From Zootoca vivipara (lineage: Eukaryota), in NCBI RefSeq assembly GCF_963506605.1, contig NC_083279.1, forward strand, positions 5,704,001-5,768,000: a stretch of 64,000 bases of DNA, written 5' to 3'. The translations under genes and the position numbers were made by a program. Position 1 is the first letter of the stretch. Each line of letters opens with the position of its first letter. Positions 63,860 through 64,000 of this stretch are shown here, piece after piece. The notes under the pieces are model-generated. The model was given only the letters and a program-made list of their open reading frames with translations. It was not told the DNA's origin and did no database searches.

Positions 63860-64000
63860 CTAGCTGGCCCGGCCACGCGTTGCTGTGGGTTTTTTTGTTA
63901 AGTGGACCTTTTTCTGTTAAATGGACCTTCAGAGTCTCTGTGGAGAGTCCTCTCTAGTTCAGAGTCCCCCTTCATTTTGTACACACTCATTCCCCCCAAT
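63860..64000 (-). mobile_element. Helitron 3' end (element continues beyond the window)
   Basis: Minus strand CCACAGCAACGCGTGGCCGGGCCAGCTAG|T, near-identical to the terminus at 39435. Confidence 0.7.

Overview
Vertebrate genomic DNA, almost certainly from a squamate reptile and probably a lacertid lizard. This is inferred from the Sauria SINEs, BovB/RTE, L2 and CR1 LINEs, and lizard-type hAT/Tigger MITEs and Helitrons. I found no recognisable host protein-coding gene, tRNA or rRNA, so the window looks like a large intron or gene desert. It is a mosaic of transposable elements, several nested up to three levels deep and many with intact target-site duplications (TSDs), plus microsatellites, one 144-N assembly gap and repeat-free blocks rich in homeodomain/SOX/TALE motifs (candidate enhancers). 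All CpG-rich patches are transposons, not promoters. The only clearly protein-like ORFs are transposon-derived: a Tc1 DD34E transposase C-terminus and L2/CR1 reverse-transcriptase (RT) fragments. Most notable observations: (1) two same-strand minimal hammerhead-ribozyme motifs in Penelope-type repeats, plus a decayed third; (2) an internally deleted Tc1 element with both terminal inverted repeats (TIRs) and an open catalytic ORF; (3) a Helitron carrying a MITE with a nested double palindrome; (4) a consensus CTCF site inside a hAT element; (5) a diverged local duplication with a 27-bp identical core; (6) an orphan 97-nt exon candidate on the minus strand. Family names come from my recognition of sequence, not from database searches.
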